Positions 1 through 10,206 of a stretch of 32,944 bases of DNA are shown piece by piece. The notes under the pieces were generated by a model, which saw only the letters and a program-made list of their open reading frames with translations, ran no database searches and was not told the origin of the DNA. The stretch lies in sequence record SRR31156797_1107; one strand, written 5' to 3'. Numbering within the stretch: position 1 is the first letter of the stretch; every line of letters begins with the position of its first letter. The position numbers and the translations under genes were made by a program.

Positions 1-807
1 AATATTTGTTTGGAATGCAATTTGGTCAATGATTGTAATAGCGTCATGAACTTCATTTGTTGAGTTATTTATATCATCCATTGCATTAACTGTTTTTGAT
101 GCAAGAGTTAGACCATTTTCAATAGAAGTTTGTACAAACTTAGCATAAGAAGACATTTTATTAATAGTTTGAGAATTGTTTTTTATAGTTTCACTTATCT
201 CTTCAATAGCAGCAGAAGTTTCTTCTAAAGAAGCTGCTTGTGTTGTAGTAGCTGTTGATAAGTCAGTTGAGTTTTCTAGTAGCCTTGCTGATTCTTTTTG
301 TAAAACTAAACTTGTTCTATATGTTGTTGTAAGAAGCTGTGTAATCTCTTCTCTCATCTTATTTATACCTATAGATAACTGTTTAAAGTCTCCACCTCTA
401 AATAATTCTTCATCAATCTCTTGTATGAAGTTTTGTTGAGAATACTCTTCTAGTTTACTATCAATGTCACTTAAGGCACTTTGTAGTTTTGTAGACATTG
501 TATTTATTGTTTTTGCAATATAGTTTAACTTATTGTTTGATGTTTCTTTAGTAACTCTATCTTCTGTAAAACCATCAGATAACTTTTCTGCACAAATCAT
601 AATTTCACCATAAACTGTTAAATCTTCAGTTTGTCTTTTTTGTATTGTTTCAGAAATATTTATTATTTTTTCCATAATAAGTTTATTTTTTCCTGTACAA
701 CTGTTTTTGGGGAGGGTGATTTTGTTTATATCTTCATTTAAGTATGCGTCCAATTTATCTAAGGCACTTAATATATCATTTGATTCGTGTGCATTGTTAA
801 AAAACAT
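1..807 (-). CDS. Methyl-accepting chemotaxis protein, apparently cytoplasmic; 3' end runs off the window
   Basis: Not in ORF track. Manual translation from ATG at 807 (GAAGG upstream) gives MFFNNAHESNDILSALDKLDAYLNEDINK...TTQQAASLEETSAAIEEISETIK...AITIIDQIAFQTNI, the MCP methylation helix and signalling tip motifs. No hydrophobic TM stretch. Confidence 0.92.
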   Translation of the reverse strand, partial: MFFNNAHESNDILSALDKLDAYLNEDINKITLPKNSCTGKNKLIMEKIINISETIQKRQTEDLTVYGEIMICAEKLSDGFTEDRVTKETSNNKLNYIAKTINTMSTKLQSALSDIDSKLEEYSQQNFIQEIDEELFRGGDFKQLSIGINKMREEITQLLTTTYRTSLVLQKESARLLENSTDLSTATTTQAASLEETSAAIEEISETIKNNSQTINKMSSYAKFVQTSIENGLTLASKTVNAMDDINNSTNEVHDAITIIDQIAFQTNI

Positions 808-947
808 ATGTAACCTTCTTTTATCTCAGAAATTATTTTATAAAATATTATAACGAAGATTATCTATAATAAATAATAAAAATATAAAAAAACTCTAACT
901 ACATTAGAATTATTTATTTTCTCTTTTTAGTGTTTAACCATTTTTGG

Positions 948-955
948 GATATAAT
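948..955 (+). promoter_or_regulatory. Sigma70 extended -10 (GnTATAAT) of mutS2, probably leaderless
   Basis: TATAAT at 950-955, 6 nt before ATG 962; no SD present. Confidence 0.65.
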
Positions 956-961
956 ATCTAT

Positions 962-3154
962 ATGCAAGATATATTTAAAAAATTAGATTTAGTTGATTAT
1001 ATAGACTCTTTTTCTAAGTTATTAGCTAGAGAAAAATCTATAATAATGGAAGGTGATATAAACCTTCATTTTAGAATTATAAATGAGTTATCAAAGTACG
1101 ATTTTAAAGAGCCTTCAAAGCTTTCAAATTTAGACAATGCTTTATTACATATTCAAAAGCAGGGTATTCTTAAAATCTATGAAATATATGAATTTATAAA
1201 AATAATAGAATATTTTAACTACTTAAAAAAGTTTGAGTTTGAAGGTAAACTTCAAGAGTGGATTGAGAAAATTATAATCCCTACAGATATTTTAAATATT
1301 TGTAACTTTTTTGATGAAAAGTCAAAACTAAGAAGTGGAGTAAATGAAGAGTATGATGCAATTTCAGAAGCAATTGCAAGAAATAAACAGGAGATAAAAC
1401 AAAATTTATATAAAACATTAAACTCTTCAAAACTAAGAACTTATTTAGTTGATTCGCAAGTACACTACATAAACCAAGAAGAGTGTATTTTGGTAAGAGG
1501 TGGTTTTAATCATGTATTAAAAGCAACTGTTTTAGATAGGTCAAATTCTGGTTTCTTTTATGTATTACCACATAGTGTAAGCTCACTGAAACAAAAACAA
1601 AGTGATTTAATAAACAAACAAGAAGAGATTTTACTAAAAATCTGTAAAGAGATAAGTTCTTTATTTGAAAAAAACTTGATGTTTTTGAAGTTTATTAATA
1701 AAGAGTTTGATAGGTTTGACCATTATCAAGCAAGAATTTTCTTTTCTAAGATTGGGGATAAAAACTTTATTTTACCAAGTAAAAAAGGAAAAAATAAACT
1801 TGTTGATTTTAGACATCCAGCTCTTCATGACCCAAAACCTATTACTGTAGATTTTTCTAAATCTGTAGTTATGCTTACTGGGGTAAATGCAGGTGGTAAA
1901 ACGATGATGTTAAAATCGATTTTATCTGCTGTTTTATTGTCTAAATATCTAGTACCTTATTTTGCCCATTCCTCAACAGAAGTTGGAAGTTTCAAAGAGA
2001 TTAATGCAGTTTTAGATGATCCTCAAAGTGTTAAAAATGATATCTCTACCTTTGCAGGAAGAATGGTTGAGTTTTCTAAATTATTCTCTTCAAAAAGTGC
2101 AATTGTTGGAGTTGATGAAATAGAGCTTGGTACTGATTCTGATGAAGCTGCATCTTTGTTTAAAGTTATAATCGAAGAGTTGATTCAAAAAGATATTAAA
2201 ATTATCATTACAACTCACCATAAAAGATTGGCTTCATTAATGGCAGCAAATGAAAATGTTGAGTTAATAGCAGCACTTTATGATGAAGAAAACCAAAAGC
2301 CAACCTATGACTTTTTACAAGGAACTATTGGAAAATCTTATGCTTTTGAGACAGCAAATAGATATGGAATTCCACACAATGTTATCAAAAAAGCAAAAAT
2401 TGTTTATGGGGAAGACAAAGACAAATTAAATGAACTTATTGAAAGAAGTAGTGCTTTAGAGATTGAATACAAAAGAAAGCTAGAGAAACTTGAAAATGAG
2501 ATTGGAGATTATGAAAGATTAAATAGAGCAATCAAAGAGCAAAAAGAGTCTTTGGATGCATTAATCTTTGAAGAGAAATCAAAACTTCACAAAGAGTATA
2601 AAGATGCAAGAGATGAAGCTAAAAAAGCTATAAAAGCAAAAGTAGCTCAAGGGCATCAACACTTAAATGTTGCCCATGCAAAAGCAAAATCAATCAAAAC
2701 AGAAAAAGTTCAAGAGGTTGAAGAGTTTAAAGTGGGTGATAAGGTTAAATATAGAAGTTCAAAGGGTGAGATTATCTCTATTAAGGGTAAAAAGGCCTTT
2801 ATTGAAAACGATATGGGTATGAAGATGCAAGTTCTTTTAAGTGATTTAAAAAGAAGTGGAAATATACCTAAACCAAAACAAAAATCTACAGTAACAGTAC
2901 AAAAGCCTAATTCTGGACATGTTAAGTTAGATTTACATGGACAAAGAGCAGATGAAGCAATAGATAATCTTGATAAGTTTATCTCTGATGCACTTATCGC
3001 AGGTTTTGATGAAGTATTAGTTTACCATGGAATAGGAACAGGAAAACTTTCATATGCAGTTAAAAAGTTTTTAGATTCACATCCAATGATAAAAAGATAT
3101 ACAGATGCACATCCAAGTCAAGGTGGATTTGGTGCAAAAGTGATTCAACTATAA
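962..3154 (+). CDS. mutS2: Endonuclease MutS2
   Basis: Walker A GVNAGGKT, ISTFAG, DEIELGTD, TTH, coiled coil, KOW-like segment and C-terminal Smr domain (LDLHG...HGIGTG...GGFGA). ATG 962 preferred over TTG 944. Confidence 0.95.
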   Translation: MQDIFKKLDLVDYIDSFSKLLAREKSIIMEGDINLHFRIINELSKYDFKEPSKLSNLDNALLHIQKQGILKIYEIYEFIKIIEYFNYLKKFEFEGKLQEWIEKIIIPTDILNICNFFDEKSKLRSGVNEEYDAISEAIARNKQEIKQNLYKTLNSSKLRTYLVDSQVHYINQEECILVRGGFNHVLKATVLDRSNSGFFYVLPHSVSSLKQKQSDLINKQEEILLKICKEISSLFEKNLMFLKFINKEFDRFDHYQARIFFSKIGDKNFILPSKKGKNKLVDFRHPALHDPKPITVDFSKSVVMLTGVNAGGKTMMLKSILSAVLLSKYLVPYFAHSSTEVGSFKEINAVLDDPQSVKNDISTFAGRMVEFSKLFSSKSAIVGVDEIELGTDSDEAASLFKVIIEELIQKDIKIIITTHHKRLASLMAANENVELIAALYDEENQKPTYDFLQGTIGKSYAFETANRYGIPHNVIKKAKIVYGEDKDKLNELIERSSALEIEYKRKLEKLENEIGDYERLNRAIKEQKESLDALIFEEKSKLHKEYKDARDEAKKAIKAKVAQGHQHLNVAHAKAKSIKTEKVQEVEEFKVGDKVKYRSSKGEIISIKGKKAFIENDMGMKMQVLLSDLKRSGNIPKPKQKSTVTVQKPNSGHVKLDLHGQRADEAIDNLDKFISDALIAGFDEVLVYHGIGTGKLSYAVKKFLDSHPMIKRYTDAHPSQGGFGAKVIQL

Positions 3155-3163
3155 GGGAATAAA

Positions 3164-3982
3164 ATGCAGCAAGAGTTACAAAGTTTACAAAAGTTTTATG
3201 ACATAATTATTGAGTTTTTTGTTAATTATAGTTTCCAAATAATTGGTGCAATAATTGTATTTTTAATTGGATGGTTTTTAGCAAACAAGGTTGCAAGTGC
3301 TGTTGAGAAACTGTGCAATAAAAATGAACTTGATGTAACTCTTACGAAGTTTGTTGTAAATGTAGTTAGATTTGGTTTGATAATTGGTGTAACTATAATT
3401 GCAGTTGGAAAACTAGGGATTACTCTAACTCCATTTATTGCTGGAATTGGTGCCGCTTCTCTTGGTGCAGGATTAGCTTTACAAGGTACACTTTCAAATT
3501 ATGGTGCAGGTTTGTCTATTATTATTGGAAGAACTTTTGTAGTTGGAAATACAATTACAGTTGAGGGTGTAAGTGGAGTTGTAGAGGAGATTAAATTAGC
3601 TTATACAATACTTTCTACTGAAGATGGAGAGATTATTACTATTCCAAATAAACATATTATTGGTGAAGTTTTAGTTAACTCTTTTGAATATAAAGTGGTT
3701 GAGAGTGTTGTTGGTATTGATTATTCTTCAAATCCTAAAGAAGCTATTCAAGTTATTAGAGATGTTTTAAACAGCTTTGATGATATTACAAAAGAGCCAA
3801 AAGCACAAATAGGGATAAAAGAGTTTGCTGATTTTTCTATAAATATTGAACTTAGATATTGGGCATACACAAAAGTTTATTTTGAGACTCAATACAAAGT
3901 AAATCTAGCTATTTATGAAGCGTTTAAACAACACAATATAAATATCCCTTTCCCTACATATAACCTTATTAAAAAGGATTAA
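3164..3982 (+). CDS. mscS: Small-conductance mechanosensitive channel
   Basis: Three TM helices, GAASLGAGLALQGTLSNYGAG TM3 motif, IPN, and INIPFP C-terminus. Confidence 0.93.
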   Translation: MQQELQSLQKFYDIIIEFFVNYSFQIIGAIIVFLIGWFLANKVASAVEKLCNKNELDVTLTKFVVNVVRFGLIIGVTIIAVGKLGITLTPFIAGIGAASLGAGLALQGTLSNYGAGLSIIIGRTFVVGNTITVEGVSGVVEEIKLAYTILSTEDGEIITIPNKHIIGEVLVNSFEYKVVESVVGIDYSSNPKEAIQVIRDVLNSFDDITKEPKAQIGIKEFADFSINIELRYWAYTKVYFETQYKVNLAIYEAFKQHNINIPFPTYNLIKKD

Positions 3983-4011
3983 AAGTTATTACTTCTTGTA
4001 ATAACTTTTAA
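3979..4011. terminator. Bidirectional terminator between convergent mscS and ltaE
   Basis: TTAAAAGTTATTAC-TTCTT-GTAATAACTTTTAA, 14-bp perfect stem overlapping both stop codons. Confidence 0.7.
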
Positions 4012-4999
4012 ATACCTCAATTACTCTTTCTATATCTTTTTTTGAAATATCTCTATGAAGAACTATTCTAAGTTTTCCATATCCTGAGATTAAAACACCA
4101 TTTTCTTTTAGATATGAAACTAATTTATCTGAGTCTTTAACTTCAATAAAAAGCATATTTGTATCATTTGATACAATTTTTATCTCATCTATTTTCTTTA
4201 ATTGTTTTGTTAAATACTTAGCTAGTTTGTGGTCTTTTTTCAAGTCTTTTATATTGTTTTCTAAAGCATATATACAAGCAGAAGCTAAAAGTCCAGATTG
4301 TCTTAATCCTCCACCTAACATTTTTCTATAATGTCTAGCTTCTTCTATAAACTCTTTTGAACCAGTTAAAACAGAACCCACAGGTGAACCTAAACCTTTT
4401 GAAAGACAAATAGAAATAGAATCAAAATATTTTGTTATATCACTTAATTTTATATCTAAAGAAACTACTGCATTAAATACTCTTGCTCCATCAAGGTGAA
4501 GTAAAAGATTGTTTTCTTTTGCAAATTTTGACGCTTTTTCTATATAAGCTAAATCAAGAACTTTCCCATTGTGAGTATTTTCTAGGCATAAAAGTTTTGT
4601 TCTTGCATGGTGATTGTCTATTGGTTTGATTTTACTTTTTACTTTTTCTAAATCTAAACTTGCATCTTTTTCAAACTCAATTGGTTGTGGTTGGATTGAA
4701 CCAACTACAGCGCCACCACCTGCTTCATATTTAAATATATGAGCATCTTGTCCACAGATATATTCATCACCTCTTTGGCAATGGCTAAGTAGGGCTAAAA
4801 GATTAGATTGTGTTCCACTTGGTACAAAAACAGCTGCTTCTTTTTTGGCCATTTTTGCAATTTTTTCTTCTAACTCTTTTACAGTTGGGTCTTCATTATA
4901 TACATCATCTCCGACTTTTGCATTTTTTATTATTTCTCTCATCTTTTTAGATGGTTTAGTTACAGTATCACTTCTTAAATCGATTATTTTATTATTCAT
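3989..4999 (-). CDS. ltaE: Low-specificity L-threonine aldolase
   Basis: DLRSDTVT, GDDVY, PSGTQSN, HLDGAR, and CLSKGLG PLP lysine motif. Confidence 0.95.
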   Translation of the reverse strand: MNNKIIDLRSDTVTKPSKKMREIIKNAKVGDDVYNEDPTVKELEEKIAKMAKKEAAVFVPSGTQSNLLALLSHCQRGDEYICGQDAHIFKYEAGGGAVVGSIQPQPIEFEKDASLDLEKVKSKIKPIDNHHARTKLLCLENTHNGKVLDLAYIEKASKFAKENNLLLHLDGARVFNAVVSLDIKLSDITKYFDSISICLSKGLGSPVGSVLTGSKEFIEEARHYRKMLGGGLRQSGLLASACIYALENNIKDLKKDHKLAKYLTKQLKKIDEIKIVSNDTNMLFIEVKDSDKLVSYLKENGVLISGYGKLRIVLHRDISKKDIERVIEVFKSYYKK

Positions 5000-5015
5000 T
5001 ATAAACCTTTATAAA

Positions 5016-5047
5016 TATTAGAAAAAGATGTTAACCTTTTTCTAATA
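5016..5047 (-). terminator. Probable terminator after DUF748 gene
   Basis: TATTAGAAAAAG...CTTTTTCTAATA inverted repeat. Confidence 0.55.
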
Positions 5048-5067
5048 AATTGTAAAGTGTTTATTGT

Positions 5068-8000
5068 TTAGTTTTTAGTAGAAACACTTAGTTTGAACTC
5101 TGTCCATTTATCATTTGAGTCATTAGTTTCAGTAATATCTTCAAACTTAATAGCTTCAGGAGATACTTTTTTTACTTCAAATAGATAACTTTTAATTTGT
5201 TCAATTCTTTGTTTTGAAAGTTCTATTAGCTCTTCTTTTGTAACAGTTTGTTTTTGGGCAAGAGTCTTTCTCAAATACATAATATATTCGTCGTTTTCAA
5301 AAATCTCTTTGCCATCTTTTGTTTCTTTTGTAAACTGCTCTTTTACCTCATCAATATCTGCTTCATCTTCAAGGTTTTCATAAAGCTCTTCTAAAACAAT
5401 TTTATATTTGTCACCATCTTTTATTTTTGATGATTTTTTTTGGATTATGTTATCGATTTTTACTAATTGTAATGCTTGAGTATCTTTTGCTGTATTGTAT
5501 ATAGGTTTGATATTTATTGCTAACCTATGTTTTTTGGCTAAGATTTTTGCAATAGAGTCTAAAGATTCTGTTTCTGAAGCTAATATTTTACTCTTACCAT
5601 ATTCAAACTCAATACCTTTTAGTTTCTCTTCATCAATGCCTAACATAGAAGCAAGCAAAGAAAATGGTGAACTTATAGCTTTTACTATTAAATTTGTAAA
5701 TACTTTCCATACAATAGGAGCAATAGAAAACTGAGGGTCATCTACATTACCTGTAATAGGTAAATCAATATCAATAACTCCATTTGAATCTTCAAGTAAT
5801 GCAATAGCTAAATCTAAAGGCAGACTAACTGCATCAGCACTATCTACTTTATCTCCAAGCTTAATATCACTAATGATAACTGAATTTTGTGCTTTTAAAT
5901 CAGATCTTTTTATATTGTATGTTAAATCAAGATTTAGTTTCCCACTATCAATCTCTCTTCCTACAAATTTCCCAGAATAAGGAGTAAAATCTTTGATTGC
6001 AATATTTTTAAATAAGATATTTGTATTTGTTAGAAGTTTTATATCATTTATATCCACAACACCAGTGATTTTTGTATATCCATATTTATTTACTTTCCCT
6101 TCAAGTTTTAAAACTGTAGGTTTTGAACTTTTTGAGTTAAGTCTTGAGAAGTTACCATTTAGATTTGTGATATTACTAATAAATGGTATTGGAAGGTTTT
6201 TATCTTGGAAAGCCATTTTCATTTTATTGATTTTAACTGGACCAATATCAAAAGAGAAATCACTTTTTTTACTCTCTTTAGTTTTTGTTGTTTTATCCTC
6301 TTCTTGTTTAGTTGTTTCTTCTTTGTCTTTCTTTTCTAAAACGACAGATAAAAAAGGTTTGTTTACAAGAGCATTTTTGATTTTTAAACCATTTTCTGTG
6401 TAATCAATATTGTTTACAGTTAGGTTTATATTTTTTGAATCAATATTTGTTTTTGATTTTAAATCATCTATTTTAATACTTTTTGTATCAATACCTATTT
6501 TTTGTAAAGCTATATCCATATCTTTTAGATTTAGATTATCTAGATTTATTTTTAATAGGTTTGTTACAGCTTTTAGTTTGTTTTTATTGTCATTGAAAAA
6601 TATTGATTGACTGTTTACTTTTATATTGTTTATTGCAATATCTTTATCTTTTTTATTTATATCATTGATAGAGATACTAATAGGTTTTGTAAAAACTTGC
6701 ATATTGTTTTTTAAGTCTTTAAATACAAGTGCATTGTTGTTTAGTGTTAAAGAGCTTACTTTTATCAAATTATCATCAAAAAGAAGATTTTGAAGGTTTA
6801 GTTTTTGTTTTTTGTCTTCAACATAAAGTTTATTTATTTTGTCATTGAATATAAAATCAATATTATTTATAGCAATACTTTCTAAATCTATTTTTTGACC
6901 AGCAAGATTGAAGTTATTTATATCAAAATCTATATTTGAAGTTTGTGCCTTTTGTTTTGCTTTTAAGTCTTCATAACTAAGTGCTGAATTTTTAAGAGCA
7001 ATATTTTTTAAAGTTACATTCCAAGGTTTTGTTTCAGTAACTTCATCTGGTATAGTTTCTTCTGCTACTTCTTGAACTTTTGTATCTTGATTGATAAGAG
7101 TTGTTAGGTTTATAACATCATCTTTATTTTTTACAATGCTTGAAGATAAATTATCAAGTAAAATTTTATCAATTGAAACTTTGTTTTGTGGATATTTAAC
7201 ATTTATATTATCAACTTCTAATTTATTTAAACTAAAAAGAGAGTTGTCTTTTTGTTTTATATCTACATCTGAAATAAGAAGTTTTCCTTTATCAAGTAAT
7301 ATATCTAATCCATTTTTTGTATTAACTTGATAACCTATATGAAGATTTATATTTGTGTTTTTATTTAACTCAAAATTTAATAACTCTTTTTTATAAGGTA
7401 AAAAATCTGTAGGTTTGATATCTTTTAAGTCTATATTCCCATACATCTCAAAAGGACTAAGTCTTACACCACCTTTAATATTTACATTTGAGTGTTTATT
7501 GACAGAAAAGTTTAGATTATGTGAAGCTAATGTGTTTCTATATGTTCCCATATCATAAAATGTATAGTTTAAATCATCTATATCTATTACAAACTTTTCA
7601 TCTTTGTTATACTTTGTAAATTTGATTTTTGCATTTTTTAGTGCAGTTTTATATATTTGGAATTTTATAGTAGAAGAGTTTTCATCTTTTTTTTCTTCTT
7701 CTTTAACTTCATCTTTTTTTTCTTTTAAAAGTTTTTCTAGGTTTAGTGAGTCATCATTATACTGAACAATATTTATTATTGGGTTTGTAATTTCTAAATC
7801 TCTAAAGCTAATATGTTTTTCATCTATTGATTTAAATGCAGAAAAATTTATAACTAATTTATCAAATGAAAATGTTGTATCATCTTTATCATAAATTTTG
7901 AAATCAAAAACAGATAGTTTTAATAAAAAAGGGTTAAACTCAATTTTATTTATATCAACCTTCTTTGTGAGTGTATCTTCAAGGATTGATTTGATTTCAG

Positions 8001-8091
8001 GTTTTGCGATTTTTGGAATAGCAATAAAACCTATGATTGAATAAATTATAAATACTGAGATAACTGAGATGAGAATTTTACTGTTTTTCAT
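5068..8091 (-). CDS. DUF748 domain protein (AsmA-like, N-terminal membrane anchor, C-terminal OmpA-like region)
   Basis: N-terminal TM (IYSIIGFIAIP), FNPF motif, PYSGKFVGREIDSGKLNLDL and LPLDLAIALLEDSNGVIDIDLPITGNVDDPQFS motifs, then IEFEYGKSKIL. Confidence 0.88.
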   Translation of the reverse strand: MKNSKILISVISVFIIYSIIGFIAIPKIAKPEIKSILEDTLTKKVDINKIEFNPFLLKLSVFDFKIYDKDDTTFSFDKLVINFSAFKSIDEKHISFRDLEITNPIINIVQYNDDSLNLEKLLKEKKDEVKEEEKKDENSSTIKFQIYKTALKNAKIKFTKYNKDEKFVIDIDDLNYTFYDMGTYRNTLASHNLNFSVNKHSNVNIKGGVRLSPFEMYGNIDLKDIKPTDFLPYKKELLNFELNKNTNINLHIGYQVNTKNGLDILLDKGKLLISDVDIKQKDNSLFSLNKLEVDNINVKYPQNKVSIDKILLDNLSSSIVKNKDDVINLTTLINQDTKVQEVAEETIPDEVTETKPWNVTLKNIALKNSALSYEDLKAKQKAQTSNIDFDINNFNLAGQKIDLESIAINNIDFIFNDKINKLYVEDKKQKLNLQNLLFDDNLIKVSSLTLNNNALVFKDLKNNMQVFTKPISISINDINKKDKDIAINNIKVNSQSIFFNDNKNKLKAVTNLLKINLDNLNLKDMDIALQKIGIDTKSIKIDDLKSKTNIDSKNINLTVNNIDYTENGLKIKNALVNKPFLSVVLEKKDKEETTKQEEDKTTKTKESKKSDFSFDIGPVKINKMKMAFQDKNLPIPFISNITNLNGNFSRLNSKSSKPTVLKLEGKVNKYGYTKITGVVDINDIKLLTNTNILFKNIAIKDFTPYSGKFVGREIDSGKLNLDLTYNIKRSDLKAQNSVIISDIKLGDKVDSADAVSLPLDLAIALLEDSNGVIDIDLPITGNVDDPQFSIAPIVWKVFTNLIVKAISSPFSLLASMLGIDEEKLKGIEFEYGKSKILASETESLDSIAKILAKKHRLAINIKPIYNTAKDTQALQLVKIDNIIQKKSSKIKDGDKYKIVLEELYENLEDEADIDEVKEQFTKETKDGKEIFENDEYIMYLRKTLAQKQTVTKEELIELSKQRIEQIKSYLFEVKKVSPEAIKFEDITETNDSNDKWTEFKLSVSTKN
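6388..7017 (-). repeat. Five tandem degenerate 42-aa (126-bp) beta-strand repeats inside the DUF748 protein
   Basis: Gap-free manual alignment of units starting VTLKNIAL, IDLESIAI, IKVSSLTL, IAINNIKV, IALQKIGI; invariant Asp at position 17. Confidence 0.8.
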
Positions 8092-8173
8092 AAGTAATCC
8101 TTTTTGTTATTCATCACAATTATAACAAAATAATATTAACTCACAGTAACATTATTTTTTTAGTTTTCTGGTA

Positions 8174-9055
8174 TTAAAATGAATTATTTATTATCTGAGT
8201 TTTGGAATACTCTTTAAACAACTCAAAAAGTTTACTTTTGACTCTGTTCTTATGATAGATAATATGAAACTCTCTTTTGAGGTTTATATTTATTAATTTT
8301 ATTTCATACAATTCTTTTTTGATTAATTGCTCATCAACAGCAACTTTTGATATAGCAGTAACTGTATCTTTGTTTTTGAGTAATATCTTTTTTATTTCAT
8401 CAAATTCATAAAGTTCCATAAAAATATCAAGCTCTTCAATTAAATCTCCCAATTGCTTAACAAAAGTTTCTCTTGTACCTGAACCTATTTCTCTTAGTAT
8501 CCATCTTTTTTTGATAGAGTCTATATATGCTTTTTTAGGGGCATTTTTATCACTTGTTACAATAAGTAATTCATCATCTATTAGTTTCTCTTTTTTTATA
8601 GTTGAATCATCACATTGTGTTTCAATAAAACCAATATCTAAACTACCTTGTTTTATTTTTTCAATTATTTGTGAAGAGTTTATTGAATCAATCTCAAACT
8701 TTACCTTTTCATATTTTGATAAAAAGTTATAATATATATTTGGCATTATATAGTTTGCAATAGTTTTACTAGCTCCAACTTTCAAAATACCTTCAACCTT
8801 ATTTTCTTGAAATATTGTTTTTGCATCATATATGGCATGAAAGTGTGGATATGTCATCTCTTTGAAGTATCTTCCTCTTTCATTTAAAACAAGTTTTTTA
8901 CCAACTCTTGTAAATAGTTGTTCTCCAAGTTTGTTCTCTAATGATTTAATTGCTAAAGATACTGCTGATTGACTTATATCCATTTGTTTTGCAACTTGAC
9001 TTACAAAAGGGTTTTCGCATAACTCATAAAAAAAGTTTAATTCTTTTAGTGTCAT
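8174..9055 (-). CDS. LysR family regulator, YeiE/CysL-like
   Basis: N-terminal HTH (ISQSAVSLAIKSLE), GASKTIANY, WILREIGSGTR; divergent from yeiH. Confidence 0.9.
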   Translation of the reverse strand: MTLKELNFFYELCENPFVSQVAKQMDISQSAVSLAIKSLENKLGEQLFTRVGKKLVLNERGRYFKEMTYPHFHAIYDAKTIFQENKVEGILKVGASKTIANYIMPNIYYNFLSKYEKVKFEIDSINSSQIIEKIKQGSLDIGFIETQCDDSTIKKEKLIDDELLIVTSDKNAPKKAYIDSIKKRWILREIGSGTRETFVKQLGDLIEELDIFMELYEFDEIKKILLKNKDTVTAISKVAVDEQLIKKELYEIKLININLKREFHIIYHKNRVKSKLFELFKEYSKTQIINNSF

Positions 9056-9067
9056 AAAACTATCCTT

Positions 9068-9133
9068 ATTAAAAATATTTATTATTATAATAAAAATAAT
9101 ATATTTTACAAATAAAATCCTTAGTGATATACT
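9068..9133 (+). promoter_or_regulatory. Two T-N11-A LysR boxes and extended -10 of yeiH
   Basis: ATT-N9-TAT at 9068-9082, ATA-N9-TAT at 9090-9104, TGATATACT at 9125-9133. AT-rich background weakens the call. Confidence 0.45.
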
Positions 9134-9162
9134 TTGGTTTATAGAAATTTGAAGGAATTATT

Positions 9163-10191
9163 ATGTTTAGTAAAGAGAATAGAAAAGACACAATTAGTGG
9201 GGTTTTATTTGTTGCATTGTTTGCCTGCGCTGCTACATTTTTAGCACAATTTTATATATTTAAATCTTTAGGTATTAGTCCACTTATTATAGGTATTGTT
9301 ATTGGGATGATATATGCTAATACTCTAAGAAACAAACTTCCTGAAAAGTGGCATAAAGGGATAGTTTTTTCTACAAAAACTATATTAAGAACAGGGATTG
9401 TTTTATATGGCTTTAGATTAACTTTTCAAAGTATTCAAGAGGTTGGCATAAATGGTATTTTAATAAGTTTTCTAATTGTGTCTTTAACTTTTATTATTGG
9501 ATATATAGTTGGAGTCAAGTTTTTAAAACTTGATAAAGAGATTACAATACTAACAAGTGCAGGAAGTTCTATCTGTGGGGCGGCAGCAGTTTTGGCAACG
9601 GAACCAGTCATAAATGCAAAACCATATAAAAGTGCTATTGCTGTATCTACTGTTGTTTTATTTGGAACAATAGCTATGTTTTTGTATCCTTTTTTATATA
9701 AAGCAGGATTAATTAACTTTGATGAATCAACAATGGGTGTTTATATTGGCGCAACTATACATGAAGTTGCTCATGTAGTTGCATCAGGAAATGCAATAGG
9801 AAGTGTTGCAAGTACTGATGCCATAGTTGTAAAGATGATTAGAGTTATGATGCTTGCACCATTTTTGATTGTATTATCTATTTGGCTAGCAAAAAGTGCA
9901 AAAAATAGTACAAGCAAAGCAAAGGGTAATATAACAATACCTTGGTTTGCTATTCTTTTTATAGGTGTGGTTGGCTTTAATTCATTTGAATTCTTATCTT
10001 TAAGTGTAGTCAATACTATAAATACAATTGATACTTTTTTATTAACTATGGCAATGAGTGCATTAGGTATGGAAACTAGTATTGATAAGTTTAAGAATGT
10101 TGGTGCAAAACCTATATATTTAGCTTTTATTCTATTTTTGTGGTTAATCTTTGGAGGATTTTATTTAATAAATTTTGTAATTACTTTTTAG
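9163..10191 (+). CDS. yeiH: YeiH family (UPF0324) putative sulfate/sulfite exporter
   Basis: GSSICGAAAVLA, GATIHEVAHVVA, KMIRVMMLAPFL, IPWFA motifs; polytopic. Confidence 0.92.
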   Translation: MFSKENRKDTISGVLFVALFACAATFLAQFYIFKSLGISPLIIGIVIGMIYANTLRNKLPEKWHKGIVFSTKTILRTGIVLYGFRLTFQSIQEVGINGILISFLIVSLTFIIGYIVGVKFLKLDKEITILTSAGSSICGAAAVLATEPVINAKPYKSAIAVSTVVLFGTIAMFLYPFLYKAGLINFDESTMGVYIGATIHEVAHVVASGNAIGSVASTDAIVVKMIRVMMLAPFLIVLSIWLAKSAKNSTSKAKGNITIPWFAILFIGVVGFNSFEFLSLSVVNTINTIDTFLLTMAMSALGMETSIDKFKNVGAKPIYLAFILFLWLIFGGFYLINFVITF

Positions 10192-10206
10192 CAGAATTTT
10201 AAGAAG

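Noticed and set aside
176..439. 87-aa + strand ORF
   Set aside because: Antisense shadow of the chemoreceptor gene on the minus strand.
5495..7330. Four hydrophobic-looking + strand ORFs within the DUF748 gene
   Set aside because: Antisense to Lys/Asn/Glu-rich coding sequence, which yields Phe/Leu/Ile/Ser-rich artefacts; no SD.
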